DNA from: Dehalococcoidia bacterium
GTDB taxonomy: Bacteria > Chloroflexota > Dehalococcoidia > Lucifugimonadales > UBA3495
Direction: 5' to 3'
Length of the DNA: 64,000 nucleotides
Assembly: GCA_965237745.1 (NCBI GenBank)
Contig: OZ250156.1
Span: 3,809,426-3,873,425 of the forward strand
The notes beneath the pieces are model-generated. The model did no database searches, had not been told where the DNA came from, and saw only the letters and a list, made by a program, of their open reading frames with translations. The translations under genes and the position numbers were made by a program. Positions 55,248 to 64,000 of this stretch are shown in pieces; the first letter of the stretch is position 1, and each line of letters begins with the position of its first letter.

Positions 55248-55973
55248 GTGAAGAAGCAGGTTTGCGTCATAGGCTTGGGCCGCTTTGGGTCCACGGTGGC
55301 GCGCGAACTGTACCAGAGCGGACATGACGTTCTGGCTATCGACGTTGATGAGTCCAAGATCCAAGAGCAGTTGGGCAAGGTGACCTACGCCGTTCGCGCT
55401 GACGCCACCAGCGAGTCGGTGCTCCGTGAGCTGGATATACCCGACTACGACGTGGTCATCGTCGCGTTGGGGAGCGAAAACGTGCAGGCCAGCGTCGGCA
55501 TAACAGTGCTGCTGAAGAGCCTTAATGTGCCGCTGATAATCTCCCGGGCCGCAGATGAACTCCACGGAAATACCCTGGAACGAATCGGGGCGGACAGGGT
55601 GCTTTTCCCCGAGGCAGATAACGCCCGCCGCGTGGCCCGCTTGGAGTTTTCTCGGGAGTTGCTGGACTATATGCCAATCCTGGCCGATTACGGAATAAGC
55701 AAGGTTCGCCCACCGGAGGCTATGATCGACCACACCCTGGAGGAGGCGGAACTTTCCGGATCAGGAGATCGCCACGATATTTCCGTGCTTGCCATCCGGA
55801 GAGGGAGGACATCGCTGCTTCACCCCGCGCGGGACGAGGTGATGCAGTCTGGCGACGTGCTCATCCTAGCCGCCACCACCGAACAGTTGAGCAAATTGCC
55901 TGAGACCGCTCGCCGCTTGGCGGAATCCGACGCCAAGATGAGATCCACCCGTACCACTGCGGCGAGGACCTGA
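55248..55973 (+). CDS. trkA: TrkA/KtrA-type RCK protein (TrkA-N plus TrkA-C)
   Basis: (M)KKQVCVIGLGRFGSTVARELYQSGHDVLAIDVDE (GxGxxG Rossmann) and a C-terminal TrkA-C-like region (...LAIRRGRTSLLHPARDEVMQSGDVLIL). Confidence 0.88.
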   Translation: MKKQVCVIGLGRFGSTVARELYQSGHDVLAIDVDESKIQEQLGKVTYAVRADATSESVLRELDIPDYDVVIVALGSENVQASVGITVLLKSLNVPLIISRAADELHGNTLERIGADRVLFPEADNARRVARLEFSRELLDYMPILADYGISKVRPPEAMIDHTLEEAELSGSGDRHDISVLAIRRGRTSLLHPARDEVMQSGDVLILAATTEQLSKLPETARRLAESDAKMRSTRTTAART

Positions 55974-56198
55974 CCGCACCATAAAGCAGCCGGGCAGGCC
56001 TTTCGCGCGGGATACTCACGCCATCATTGGCGCGATGCGCAACACGACCAAGCTACTTCACCAACCGAATCCCTGCACATCGAACGCGCACTCGATCAGT
56101 GTACTGGTTATGATAATTCCGAGCCCTTATAATTCTACTCTCAGCGAAGTAGCGAGAATTTCAGCCTGACTTCTGACATTCGTCGGAGAGAATGGTCA

Positions 56199-56654
56199 AT
56201 GCCGCTGGACGTGCAACGAATCCTCATTCCCATCAACTATTCCTCCCACAGCGAGCGAGCGTTCCGCTGGGCATGCCATATGGCCAAGGATGCCCGTGCG
56301 CTGCTGCTGGCTCTCCACGTTATTGAAGTGCCCTTGGAGATGGCGCTGGAAGCCGAGGTCACTGAGGAAATAGAGGCGGCGGAGAAACTTCTCACCCACT
56401 TCGAGCAGATAGCCCGGAAGGAGCAGAAGCCCAGGTTGGAAGCGCGTTGCGTCCGCGCCCGCCGGGTCGGAGCGGCGGTCGCAAAAGAGGCTGAAATCGA
56501 GCAGGTAGACCTGGTGATAGTAGGTATTCCCTTTAATCGCAGATTGGGACAATATCACTTGGGCAACACCGGCTCATACGTTTTCCAACACGCATCCTGC
56601 CAGGTTCTCCTCTGGCGGGAGCCGATACCGCCCAATTTATCCGAGGAGTACTGA
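56199..56654 (+). CDS. Universal stress protein (UspA family)
   Basis: ...RILIPINYSSHSERAFRWA...DLVIVGIPFNRRLGQYHLGNTGSYVFQHASCQVLLW, the Usp pattern. Confidence 0.85.
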   Translation: MPLDVQRILIPINYSSHSERAFRWACHMAKDARALLLALHVIEVPLEMALEAEVTEEIEAAEKLLTHFEQIARKEQKPRLEARCVRARRVGAAVAKEAEIEQVDLVIVGIPFNRRLGQYHLGNTGSYVFQHASCQVLLWREPIPPNLSEEY

Positions 56655-56659
56655 CGTCC

Positions 56660-57064
56660 GTGCGTGTATTGGTATTTGGCTGCGGTCAGTTGGCCTCCGG
56701 CGTGGTGCGGGAGTTGCTTGAAGACGTAACGGAGATCACTATCCTCGGCCACGAACGAGGCCAGTTGGAGCGCTTGAGCAACGACAAAAAGGTTTCCGCA
56801 GTGCTTCTCGATGAACCCGTGATGCGCGACTATCTGATGGAAGCTGGGATCGCCAATGTGGATGCATTCCTTGCTCTTTCCACCAACGACCACGATAATC
56901 TGTTGGCAGCCCAGATCGCCAAGGTGATTTTCAGTGTCAGGACAGTGGTCTGCCATGTGGAGGACCCCCAACTGCAGGTGATCTACACATTGCAGGGATT
57001 GAACGTGATAAGCTACTCGGTGGGTATCCTTCAGGACATTCACTACGCCATCTCCGAGATGTGA
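56660..57064 (+). CDS. Stand-alone TrkA-N (RCK N-lobe) domain protein
   Basis: GTG start; (M)RVLVFGCGQLASGVVRELLED...ILGHERGQLE...AFLALSTNDHDNLLAAQIAK. Only 134 aa with no TrkA-C domain. Confidence 0.75.
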   Translation: MRVLVFGCGQLASGVVRELLEDVTEITILGHERGQLERLSNDKKVSAVLLDEPVMRDYLMEAGIANVDAFLALSTNDHDNLLAAQIAKVIFSVRTVVCHVEDPQLQVIYTLQGLNVISYSVGILQDIHYAISEM

Positions 57065-57123
57065 TCGGGGATCAGACGGGGTTCGGTGAACGAGACAACC
57101 GAATTTTGCCGTAAAGCGGAAAG

Positions 57124-57795
57124 ATGTTTGTTGTAATAGTAGGGTGCAGCGAAGTGGGTTTTTTTCTTTCCAGAGCTCTTGCGGCGACCGGCCACGAGGT
57201 CGCCGTCATCGAACGAGAGCCGCACCGCCACCAGCTGCTCACCGAAAACATGGGTATGGTCGCCATGCTGGGAGACGGCGCAGACCCTGATTTATTGACC
57301 AATGCTGGAGTGCGGCGTGCTGATGCAGTGGTCGCTCTCACCGGAGTGGATTCCACCAATCTGGTTATCTGCCAGTTGGCGAAGCACCTGACCAAAGACG
57401 CAACGCATAAGCCACGAACTGTAACCATCGTCAAAGATCCCAAGAATGAACCCGTCTTCGAGGCAATGGGCATCGATGTGGTGGTCAACTGGGTTCACCT
57501 GGCTCTTGGGGCCCTTGAGGCGGGAATGCCTGGGCAGCCGCTGCGACACCTGATGACGCTGCCACAGCCCGGTATGGAGCTGGTGTGCGCGGCGGTTCCA
57601 GCGGGGGCGGACATCGTAGGCAAGCGCTTGGGCGAAGTGCCATTGCCGCCCGGTAGCTTTTTTTCCCTCATTGTTAAGAAGGGCCAGGCCAGCCTGCCAA
57701 CCGCCCCAATGGTGGTGGAGGCGGACGACCAACTCGTTGCCGTCATCTCCGTTGGCGACGAACAACTAATCTACGACATCCTCACCGGAGTCTGA
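57124..57795 (+). CDS. TrkA/KtrA-type RCK protein (TrkA-N plus TrkA-C)
   Basis: MFVVIVGCSEVGFFLSRALAATGHEVAVIERE...ALTGVDSTNLVICQLAK... and a C-terminal ...GKRLGEVPLPPGSFFSLIVKKGQ...VEADDQLVAV. Confidence 0.85.
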   Translation: MFVVIVGCSEVGFFLSRALAATGHEVAVIEREPHRHQLLTENMGMVAMLGDGADPDLLTNAGVRRADAVVALTGVDSTNLVICQLAKHLTKDATHKPRTVTIVKDPKNEPVFEAMGIDVVVNWVHLALGALEAGMPGQPLRHLMTLPQPGMELVCAAVPAGADIVGKRLGEVPLPPGSFFSLIVKKGQASLPTAPMVVEADDQLVAVISVGDEQLIYDILTGV

Positions 57796-57797
57796 GC

Positions 57798-58643
57798 ATG
57801 GCCCGGACACTTGCCTTTCTGGGACCATCAGGTACCTACACCGAAGAAGCGGCCCTGCTGTATGACCCGGAAGCCGAGTTGCGGCCTTTCCCCAACATCA
57901 CCGCCGTGGGCATGGCGGTGGCCTCCGGCGAGACCGGACAGGGCGTAGTCCCCATCGAAAACAGCATCGAGGGATCGGTGAACTTCACCCTCGATCTGCT
58001 GGTCAGTGAAGGTTCTCTACTCATCCGCAACGAAATGGTATTGCCCATAGAACACTATCTTATGGGCAGGCCAGGCACACGAATTCAAGATGTGGAAGTA
58101 ATATATTCGCATCCCCAGGCCTTGGCACAGTGCCGGGAATATCTGGAGGGGAGGTTTGCGAACGCAGTCCGGTCAGCTTCCCTGAGCACGGCCCAAGCCG
58201 TTGATGACGCTATATCCAGCGAGGTCCCGGCGGCAGCCATTGCCCCTCGCCGCTCCGCCGAGCTTTATCACGCCGAAATCTTCGACGCCGGGATTCAGGA
58301 CGTGGCGGCCAACGCCACCCGCTTTGTGGTTTTGGCGAAAACGGATCACCCGCCAACCGGCAACGACAAGACCTCGTTGTTTTTCACCTTTGACGAGGAC
58401 GTACCAGGCCAACTGTACACGGTGCTGGGGGAGTTCGCCCAGCGAGGCATCAATTTGGCCAAAATCGAGTCTCGTCCAACCAAGCGCTCCTTGGGACAGT
58501 ACATATTCCTGGTCGACTGCAACGGGCACCGTGAGGATCCCTTGTTGGGAGAGGCAATGGAGGCGATCGGAAGCCGAGTCAGTTCGCTGAGGGTAATGGG
58601 TTCATATCCCAAATGGGCACAGGATCCGGCAACTGGAACGTAG
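57798..58643 (+). CDS. pheA: Prephenate dehydratase (PDT plus ACT domains)
   Basis: ...LAFLGPSGTYTEEAA...VPIENSIEGSV...TRFVVL... and an ACT region TSLFFTFDEDVPGQLYTVLGEFAQRGINLAKIESRP with the ESRP motif. Confidence 0.92.
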   Translation: MARTLAFLGPSGTYTEEAALLYDPEAELRPFPNITAVGMAVASGETGQGVVPIENSIEGSVNFTLDLLVSEGSLLIRNEMVLPIEHYLMGRPGTRIQDVEVIYSHPQALAQCREYLEGRFANAVRSASLSTAQAVDDAISSEVPAAAIAPRRSAELYHAEIFDAGIQDVAANATRFVVLAKTDHPPTGNDKTSLFFTFDEDVPGQLYTVLGEFAQRGINLAKIESRPTKRSLGQYIFLVDCNGHREDPLLGEAMEAIGSRVSSLRVMGSYPKWAQDPATGT

Positions 58644-58934
58644 GGACGACGAACCCGAGGCCGGTATCATCGACCCGAATCAAGCATCAGGAGGGTGAAA
58701 ACTGCGGGCCTGAGCCTGCTGGACAAAAAAATCGGCCCCCCTCTTGCAGTTCCCGCGTGCCCAAACGCCACACAACCCCAAAGGCTGGAACACTCAAGGG
58801 GAGCCGATAGGCCGGATTCCGTATCCAGCCGCCGATGGAACGCTCCCACCAGCGGAAGCAAATGCCCTGAACACTGGAACCCCCGACCATCAACCAAAAC
58901 GCTGCCCCGGCTACCTCTCCGGAACGCCCAGCAG

Positions 58935-58952
58935 CAAGGTTTTACAACCTTG
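58935..58952. terminator. Short hairpin between convergent pheA and the 1504-aa gene, followed by an AT-rich palindrome
   Basis: CAAGGTT ttac AACCTTG (7-bp stem), then AAATATAAT acaaat ATTATATTT (about 58956-58979). There is no strong T-run, so confidence is low. Confidence 0.35.
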
Positions 58953-58995
58953 GCTAAATATAATACAAATATTATATTTATGTCAATATCATTCG

Positions 58996-61900
58996 TTATG
59001 GAAATTCGACGCGAAAAATTCTTGTCCCCTCGTTCGCATATACCCTGCTAAGCAGACCTGCATCAGCCATCTTATCAAATTTTGCCAGCCCTCTTTCGCC
59101 GTACTCCAGTCTTTCCAATTCTCCTGCCACCACGTACGACACATCGTACCGTTGCAACAACTCCACAGTCGTATCTATGTCGGTAGTTTCGTATGCCTGC
59201 CGCACATGCGCTGCACGCACATCTATCTGGTCACGGTATTTGAATCGCTGCTGAGTCTGATGCCAGGGCCAACCGATGATAGTGGGCAAGCCCGTATAGT
59301 TGGCGATACGTCCTCCCCAGCGATACTGCTCCATATGGGCCTCCAACACCACCGGACTGCCCTCCACGTTGTCCTGCAGCCACCTGATTGCTTGATGGTC
59401 CCAGCCTAGCGGAAAATACTCGCCACGCTCCCAGTGTTCAGCCTCAGCCATGTAGGCAGCCCCGTCCAACGACACCGGCAAATCCAGGAACCGGTCACCA
59501 ACACGTGCTCGGGTCCCCAAGAACGTATAGACGAAAGAGGACCCGACAAGGATCACCAGCACCACCAACCAAGCCACCCTGGCGTCGAAGCGGGTAAAAC
59601 GCAACTCCGGCAACCCCTTCGAGACAAGGCGCCACAGCATATAGGCTGCGGCAATGGCCATGAATACCCACACCTCAAGGTAGTATTTGAACAGGGTGTT
59701 CATCCGTCCGATATCACCCTCCACGGTCACGATGTCGACTCCGATCACGATGAGCGCTGACATCACCAACATGGACAACACGAGGGCATCATAAGGACGG
59801 GATAGATCAGGGCGTGTCAACAGCCGCCATCCGGCAACCACCAGCAGGACCAGCAGAGCCAGCATGAGGACGACGCTCCAATAGCCGAGAACACCGAAAA
59901 AGAAACCCACGATCACAAGGACAGCAACTATCAACTGCAACCATCCCATGTTCGAAGGCAGTTCCTCACTCTTCCAGGACCCTCTGAATAGCGCCAGCAG
60001 GTCTCGGCGAGTCCTGATAACCAAGAAAGTAACAACTATGAAGAGGAAGAGACCGTGTATCGCTAGGAAGCGGTCAATGGGCGTTCGCCATCTCGACGCG
60101 TCCAGACCGCTGTTGAAAGTCTCGTAATACTGGTGAAATGGCCAGAAAGACAGCAGGCTGACTACCACTATGCTGGCCGCCAGCCCCAGGAACAAGACCA
60201 GCTTTCGCCGGGGGCTGAACCTGGTGAAGAGCACCGCCAGGCCGATGACCCCCAGTGTCAGAATCACGTAGGATGGATAGTCCCAACTGTTGACGGGCCA
60301 GAGAGCTCCCAAGGACACGGCCAGCGCCACACCCAAAGCGGCAGTCCATATCGGACCTCCGTTGCGGAGTCCCACCAGAAGGGCCAGCCCCAGCCCCAAG
60401 GCCAACAAGGTGAATGGGATCACCATCATGTGGGCGTGGAGGTCGGCGAACAAGAAGGTGAAGAAAGGAAATTCGGTAATATGCCACGACGCTCCAGCAT
60501 CTCCGGGAATGTGGTCAGGCAACCAGAATGCCAGCGCTGGAGGATCGAAACCTTCAAGGGTCGGAATCATCCGGCTGCTGCGCCAGAAGTCGAACCCGCC
60601 CCACATCTCGCCCTTGACTGCGACGGTCCAGAGCCCCTGCACGAGCTGCACCATTCCGTCGATGTTGGTGATGATGACCACGAAAACAGCGGCAGCGGCA
60701 CCGCAGAACACCGGCGGCAGCAGCAAATTCCTACGGTGCCCTGCCCCCTCGCCTTCGGCTCCCTCACGCCGACGGAGCCCTGCGCCCTTGACCCCTGCGG
60801 CTAAGTTGTGGCCCAAAGAGAAAGCCCCGGTTAAGGTGAGCGCAAAAAACAGAGGCACCGCCAAGTTGAAGGCGGTCGTCGGGAGGATAGCAGCCACCCT
60901 GTTCAGGCAGGCAACTACGAAGTAGCCCCAGTAGTAGTAGTTCAGATAACCGCCGGCAAACCACGGATCAAAGGGCGGCAGGGTGGTAGCGCGAAACACG
61001 GCGGTGAAGTATGCAAGCTCCATCGGCTTTTCGCCGCCGCGGTATGGGTGCCAAAGGTCAGGATTAAAGTAGCGCACGGCCACGAAAGCAAGAAATGCTG
61101 CCAGGAAAAGGGCCTCGCTCAATACCAGCAGCCGCCAACGCCTCTTGGCGAAATTCCAAAGCTCATTCCGGCCAAACCAGAGGGCAACGGCCGACGCTAC
61201 CGCAACCACCGCCATTCCCAGGTAAACGGCTCCCCGCGAGAAGTCCATCCACCCCAAGGAAACTATCAGCCACGCCACATAACAGACCGCCAGCATTCCA
61301 AGGACCCGTGCCAGAAGGATGCCCCGGTCGGCCAGCGGACGAAAGATAAACAACGCGAGGGGAAGAGACAGCAGGTAAATCAGCTCCACAACCAGCAGCC
61401 AAGCCAGCACCGGGAGGCTGTTCGTCCACCCGTCCCGGTCGACTATGTCGCTGAACGTGCCGCCGGAACGCTGCTTCCCCAGCGCATCCGGGCTCAGCAT
61501 GAGAGCGTTTCCCTCCCTGGCAGATCTGGGGGGCAACGGCGGAGCAATCACCAAGCGCAGCGCGGGCTCGCTCAGGTGGTCCGCGTTGCGAAACACCAAG
61601 ACGCGAGGATGGTCGTAACCGGAGACATTGTCATCGGCGTAGCCGAAATTCAGAGTGAACTTGGCATCCTGACCCGGCACTTCCGGCACCGGGCTGTCCA
61701 GACCGGACTGCCGCAATGCATCATCGCGAAAGACCACTCCGCCCAGCGATGGGTAGTTGGTGAATTCACGGTGGAGGCGGTACCCCAAGTCGCCGGCGAA
61801 CAGGTGGCGATAGTAGTTATAGCTATACGGGAACCTGTCCGGGTCTCGGGCAGCGCTGGCATAAGGGCGTGCGCTGTAAAAGATCAGGTATTCGGACCGG

Positions 61901-63510
61901 GAGAGTTGTCCCGCCAGTTCGCCCATCTTTTCCCGTGTGTCCCGTTCATAGAGGGGGAACTGCCAGATACTCCTGCCATACAGCCCGGGCAGGTATTCGT
62001 CCCAGTGGTTATCCAGGACGATCGGCGAATTCCGCGGCACTTCGTTATGTACCCATAGGGCCGCCTGATTCGCCGGATGCTCGTTGGTATAAACCCGCTG
62101 AAAGGCCAGAGAATAGAACGCCGTGCTGCCGACGACGAACACCGGCAACGCCAAAACAATCACGAGGATGCCTGCTTTCGCAGCAGGCTTGAAGTCGAAT
62201 CGACGCTTCTCTATATGCCCGAAGATCAGCCGCGCCGATTCGGTTATCTGGCGGATCGGCTCGTCGAAGCGTTCAATGTTCGAGAGCATCATCCGAGAGG
62301 CCAGCAGTATCATCACCGGCATCAGCGGGAAAAGGTAGCGGAGGAAACGGACCTCGAAACTCTCCAGGAACAGCAGGCTGGGCACAACCCAGACGAGTAG
62401 GATCAGGTCGGAACGAAAATAGCGGCGGTCAATGGCGACCATCAAAACGGTAAATGGAATCGACAGCCAAGCGACCACGCCCAGCGGCACACCCAATCCC
62501 CAGACCGTAGTCTGACGCATCTGGTACAGAAACGCAGGCGTGTCGACGTATTGCACGGTGAACGGGAAGAAGCCGGCCTCTCGCGCCATCCGTGTCTGCA
62601 ACATCACATCGCTGACGAAAGCGCCTATGTCTATAAATGCGTAGGGCGCCGTGATGAAGAAGACAGCGATGGCTACCGCAGCCCCCAGCAGAGCATGGCC
62701 CACAACCCTCTGCAACATTGCCGGGGTAATCTCGTCCCAGAGACCCTCCGCCTCGTCCAGAAGACGATAGCCGTAGCCCAGAGCCAAGGGCGCCAGCAGG
62801 GGGAGCACGTTGACCTTGGGAGCCAGGGCCAACCCGAGGATCACACCCAGCAGCACAGAGTCCCTCAGCCGCCTCTTCTCGACCATCCGCAGCGTGGCCC
62901 AGATGCTGGCGAGAGTGAGCAGGACGGTGAAGGTTTCGGGCCGGTAGAAATGGCTGTGCTGAACATGCACAACCGCCAGGGCCGACAGCCCGGCGGCCAG
63001 CAATCCGACGTTGCGCCCGTACAGGCGACGGCCGAGCACGAAGACCATCAGAACCGAGCCAACGTCTGCCAGCGCTGATAGGGTGCGCCCCGCGAAGCGC
63101 ATATCGAACCCGCCGACATCGGTGAACAGCTCGATCACCGAGCGGAGGAAAACCATCGCGTAGATGAGAATGCTGCCCAGCGGGAACCAGTGAGGATTCA
63201 GCGGACTGCGATCAGCGTCAAAAAAGAAGCGCAGGCCACCAAGCCCGGGCTCGGCCTCCGGCTGATCGTTCAGGTAACCGCATGTGGCCGCATGAGGAGC
63301 GTCGGTGAGCAGGGCATACATGCAGTCGGAACGCATGTAGATGTCCCGCTCATCGGGATGAAAGCCGTAGCCGTCATCCCAGTTTATGCCGTGGAGCCGC
63401 AACGCCAGCGCCACAACGACGATTGCCGCCAACACGAAGAACGGCCAGGAAACCCGGCCGTTCAAGGTTAGATAGCTAAGTGGGCCAGCCAAGGGGCGCA
63501 TAGAGGACAC
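58996..63510 (-). CDS. Giant polytopic membrane protein: GT-C (ArnT/PMT-like glycosyltransferase) N-module plus DUF2298 / Chloroflexi-Archaea YYY domain
   Basis: 1504 aa with dozens of hydrophobic spans. The N-terminal ...LRLHGINWDDGYGFHPDERDIYM... is followed by a GT39-like span pattern. The central ...PWFAGGYLNYYYWGYFVV... carries the signature YYY motif. Confidence 0.8.
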   Translation of the reverse strand: MSSMRPLAGPLSYLTLNGRVSWPFFVLAAIVVVALALRLHGINWDDGYGFHPDERDIYMRSDCMYALLTDAPHAATCGYLNDQPEAEPGLGGLRFFFDADRSPLNPHWFPLGSILIYAMVFLRSVIELFTDVGGFDMRFAGRTLSALADVGSVLMVFVLGRRLYGRNVGLLAAGLSALAVVHVQHSHFYRPETFTVLLTLASIWATLRMVEKRRLRDSVLLGVILGLALAPKVNVLPLLAPLALGYGYRLLDEAEGLWDEITPAMLQRVVGHALLGAAVAIAVFFITAPYAFIDIGAFVSDVMLQTRMAREAGFFPFTVQYVDTPAFLYQMRQTTVWGLGVPLGVVAWLSIPFTVLMVAIDRRYFRSDLILLVWVVPSLLFLESFEVRFLRYLFPLMPVMILLASRMMLSNIERFDEPIRQITESARLIFGHIEKRRFDFKPAAKAGILVIVLALPVFVVGSTAFYSLAFQRVYTNEHPANQAALWVHNEVPRNSPIVLDNHWDEYLPGLYGRSIWQFPLYERDTREKMGELAGQLSRSEYLIFYSARPYASAARDPDRFPYSYNYYRHLFAGDLGYRLHREFTNYPSLGGVVFRDDALRQSGLDSPVPEVPGQDAKFTLNFGYADDNVSGYDHPRVLVFRNADHLSEPALRLVIAPPLPPRSAREGNALMLSPDALGKQRSGGTFSDIVDRDGWTNSLPVLAWLLVVELIYLLSLPLALFIFRPLADRGILLARVLGMLAVCYVAWLIVSLGWMDFSRGAVYLGMAVVAVASAVALWFGRNELWNFAKRRWRLLVLSEALFLAAFLAFVAVRYFNPDLWHPYRGGEKPMELAYFTAVFRATTLPPFDPWFAGGYLNYYYWGYFVVACLNRVAAILPTTAFNLAVPLFFALTLTGAFSLGHNLAAGVKGAGLRRREGAEGEGAGHRRNLLLPPVFCGAAAAVFVVIITNIDGMVQLVQGLWTVAVKGEMWGGFDFWRSSRMIPTLEGFDPPALAFWLPDHIPGDAGASWHITEFPFFTFLFADLHAHMMVIPFTLLALGLGLALLVGLRNGGPIWTAALGVALAVSLGALWPVNSWDYPSYVILTLGVIGLAVLFTRFSPRRKLVLFLGLAASIVVVSLLSFWPFHQYYETFNSGLDASRWRTPIDRFLAIHGLFLFIVVTFLVIRTRRDLLALFRGSWKSEELPSNMGWLQLIVAVLVIVGFFFGVLGYWSVVLMLALLVLLVVAGWRLLTRPDLSRPYDALVLSMLVMSALIVIGVDIVTVEGDIGRMNTLFKYYLEVWVFMAIAAAYMLWRLVSKGLPELRFTRFDARVAWLVVLVILVGSSFVYTFLGTRARVGDRFLDLPVSLDGAAYMAEAEHWERGEYFPLGWDHQAIRWLQDNVEGSPVVLEAHMEQYRWGGRIANYTGLPTIIGWPWHQTQQRFKYRDQIDVRAAHVRQAYETTDIDTTVELLQRYDVSYVVAGELERLEYGERGLAKFDKMADAGLLSRVYANEGTRIFRVEFP

Positions 63511-63566
63511 TCAGAAAGTCTCTGTCCTGCCTCCAAACTTCATGCCATACGTAAACCGCTGCCCAT

Positions 63567-64000
63567 TTAGATGCCCTTCTCGCTCATCATGGCTGCCAAG
63601 TCGGCGGTGCGGCAGGAATAGCCCCACTCGTTGTCGTACCAACCCATGATCTTGACCATCCGGTCCGCCATCACAATGGTGGACAGGGCGTCAAATATGC
63701 AGCTGTGTGGGTTCCCACGGAAGTCGGAACTCACCAGCGGCTCGTCGCAGTACTCGAGGACACCCTTTAGCTGGTTCTCTGCGGCCTTTTGGAAGGCAGC
63801 GTTAACATCGTCCACCGAAACATCGTGGGACACCTGAGCGGTGAAGTCGGTGATGGAGCCGGTGGCAGTCGGCACGCGGAAGGCCATACCGTGCAGCTTG
63901 CCATTCAGTTCGGGCAATACCAAACCGACGGCGCGAGCGGCGCCGGTGCTGGTGGGAATGATGTTCATGGCCGCCGCACGCGCCCGCCGCAGGTCGCCAT
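63567..64000 (-). CDS. gap: Glyceraldehyde-3-phosphate dehydrogenase, C-terminal part (N-terminus beyond window end)
   Basis: ...[33 protein letters not shown]...[13 protein letters not shown]... The frame stays open to base 64000. Confidence 0.93.
   Translation of the reverse strand, partial: GDLRRARAAAMNIIPTSTGAARAVGLVLPELNGKLHGMAFRVPTATGSITDFTAQVSHDVSVDDVNAAFQKAAENQLKGVLEYCDEPLVSSDFRGNPHSCIFDALSTIVMADRMVKIMGWYDNEWGYSCRTADLAAMMSEKGI

Noticed and set aside
58644-58934. Several overlapping 60-220-aa ORFs on both strands in the 290-nt spacer after pheA
   Set aside because: They have no start context, a Pro/Arg-rich composition and mutually overlapping frames, so they are probably non-coding. 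I recognised no RNA family either.

Overview
High-GC bacterial chromosomal segment, most consistent by gene content with a Chloroflexota (SAR202-like) genome; this assignment is an inference, not a search result. Housekeeping anchors are gyrA, leuS, pheA, a partial gap at the right edge, tRNA-Leu(UAG) and tRNA-Lys(CUU). They sit among paralog-rich catabolic genes: 3 luciferase-like monooxygenases, 4 alpha/beta hydrolases, MmgE/PrpD, a family III CoA-transferase, an acyl-CoA dehydrogenase, a dihydropyrimidinase, a hydantoinase/DUF917 pair, an HpcH aldolase, an Fe-ADH, and an XDH-family molybdoenzyme with XdhC and MocA located 15 kb away. There are also two MFS transporters, orphan oppDF ATPases, a TrkH/TrkA potassium cluster with extra RCK proteins, and a 1504-aa GT-C/YYY membrane protein. 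Items most worth a second look: (1) a visibly AT-richer three-gene island (30.9-33.2 kb) with an amino-methyltransferase convergent on an operon of a DUF1937 (nucleoside-2-deoxyribosyltransferase-fold) gene and an Eco29kI-like GIY-YIG nuclease; (2) an IS1182/IS5-like element whose transposase is broken by 4-bp and 17-bp tandem duplications, the same kind of lesion (11 bp) that kills a DUF2283 gene 48 kb away; (3) a roughly 335-codon minus-strand ORF at the left edge that the supplied ORF track misses; (4) a signal-peptide, collagen-repeat, C-terminally anchored protein; (5) one intact and one decayed DUF4258/DUF2283 pair plus a zeta-toxin-like remnant; (6) two ~150-bp elements bounded by perfect CTA...TAG inverted repeats, one abutting the IS and one in the xdhC-mocA leader; (7) an operon holding a degenerate M14-like/GH88-like fusion; (8) a near-consensus promoter and ~260-nt leader upstream of trkH. 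No CRISPR array and no rRNA were seen. All family calls come from reading the translated sequences and need HMM or BLAST confirmation.
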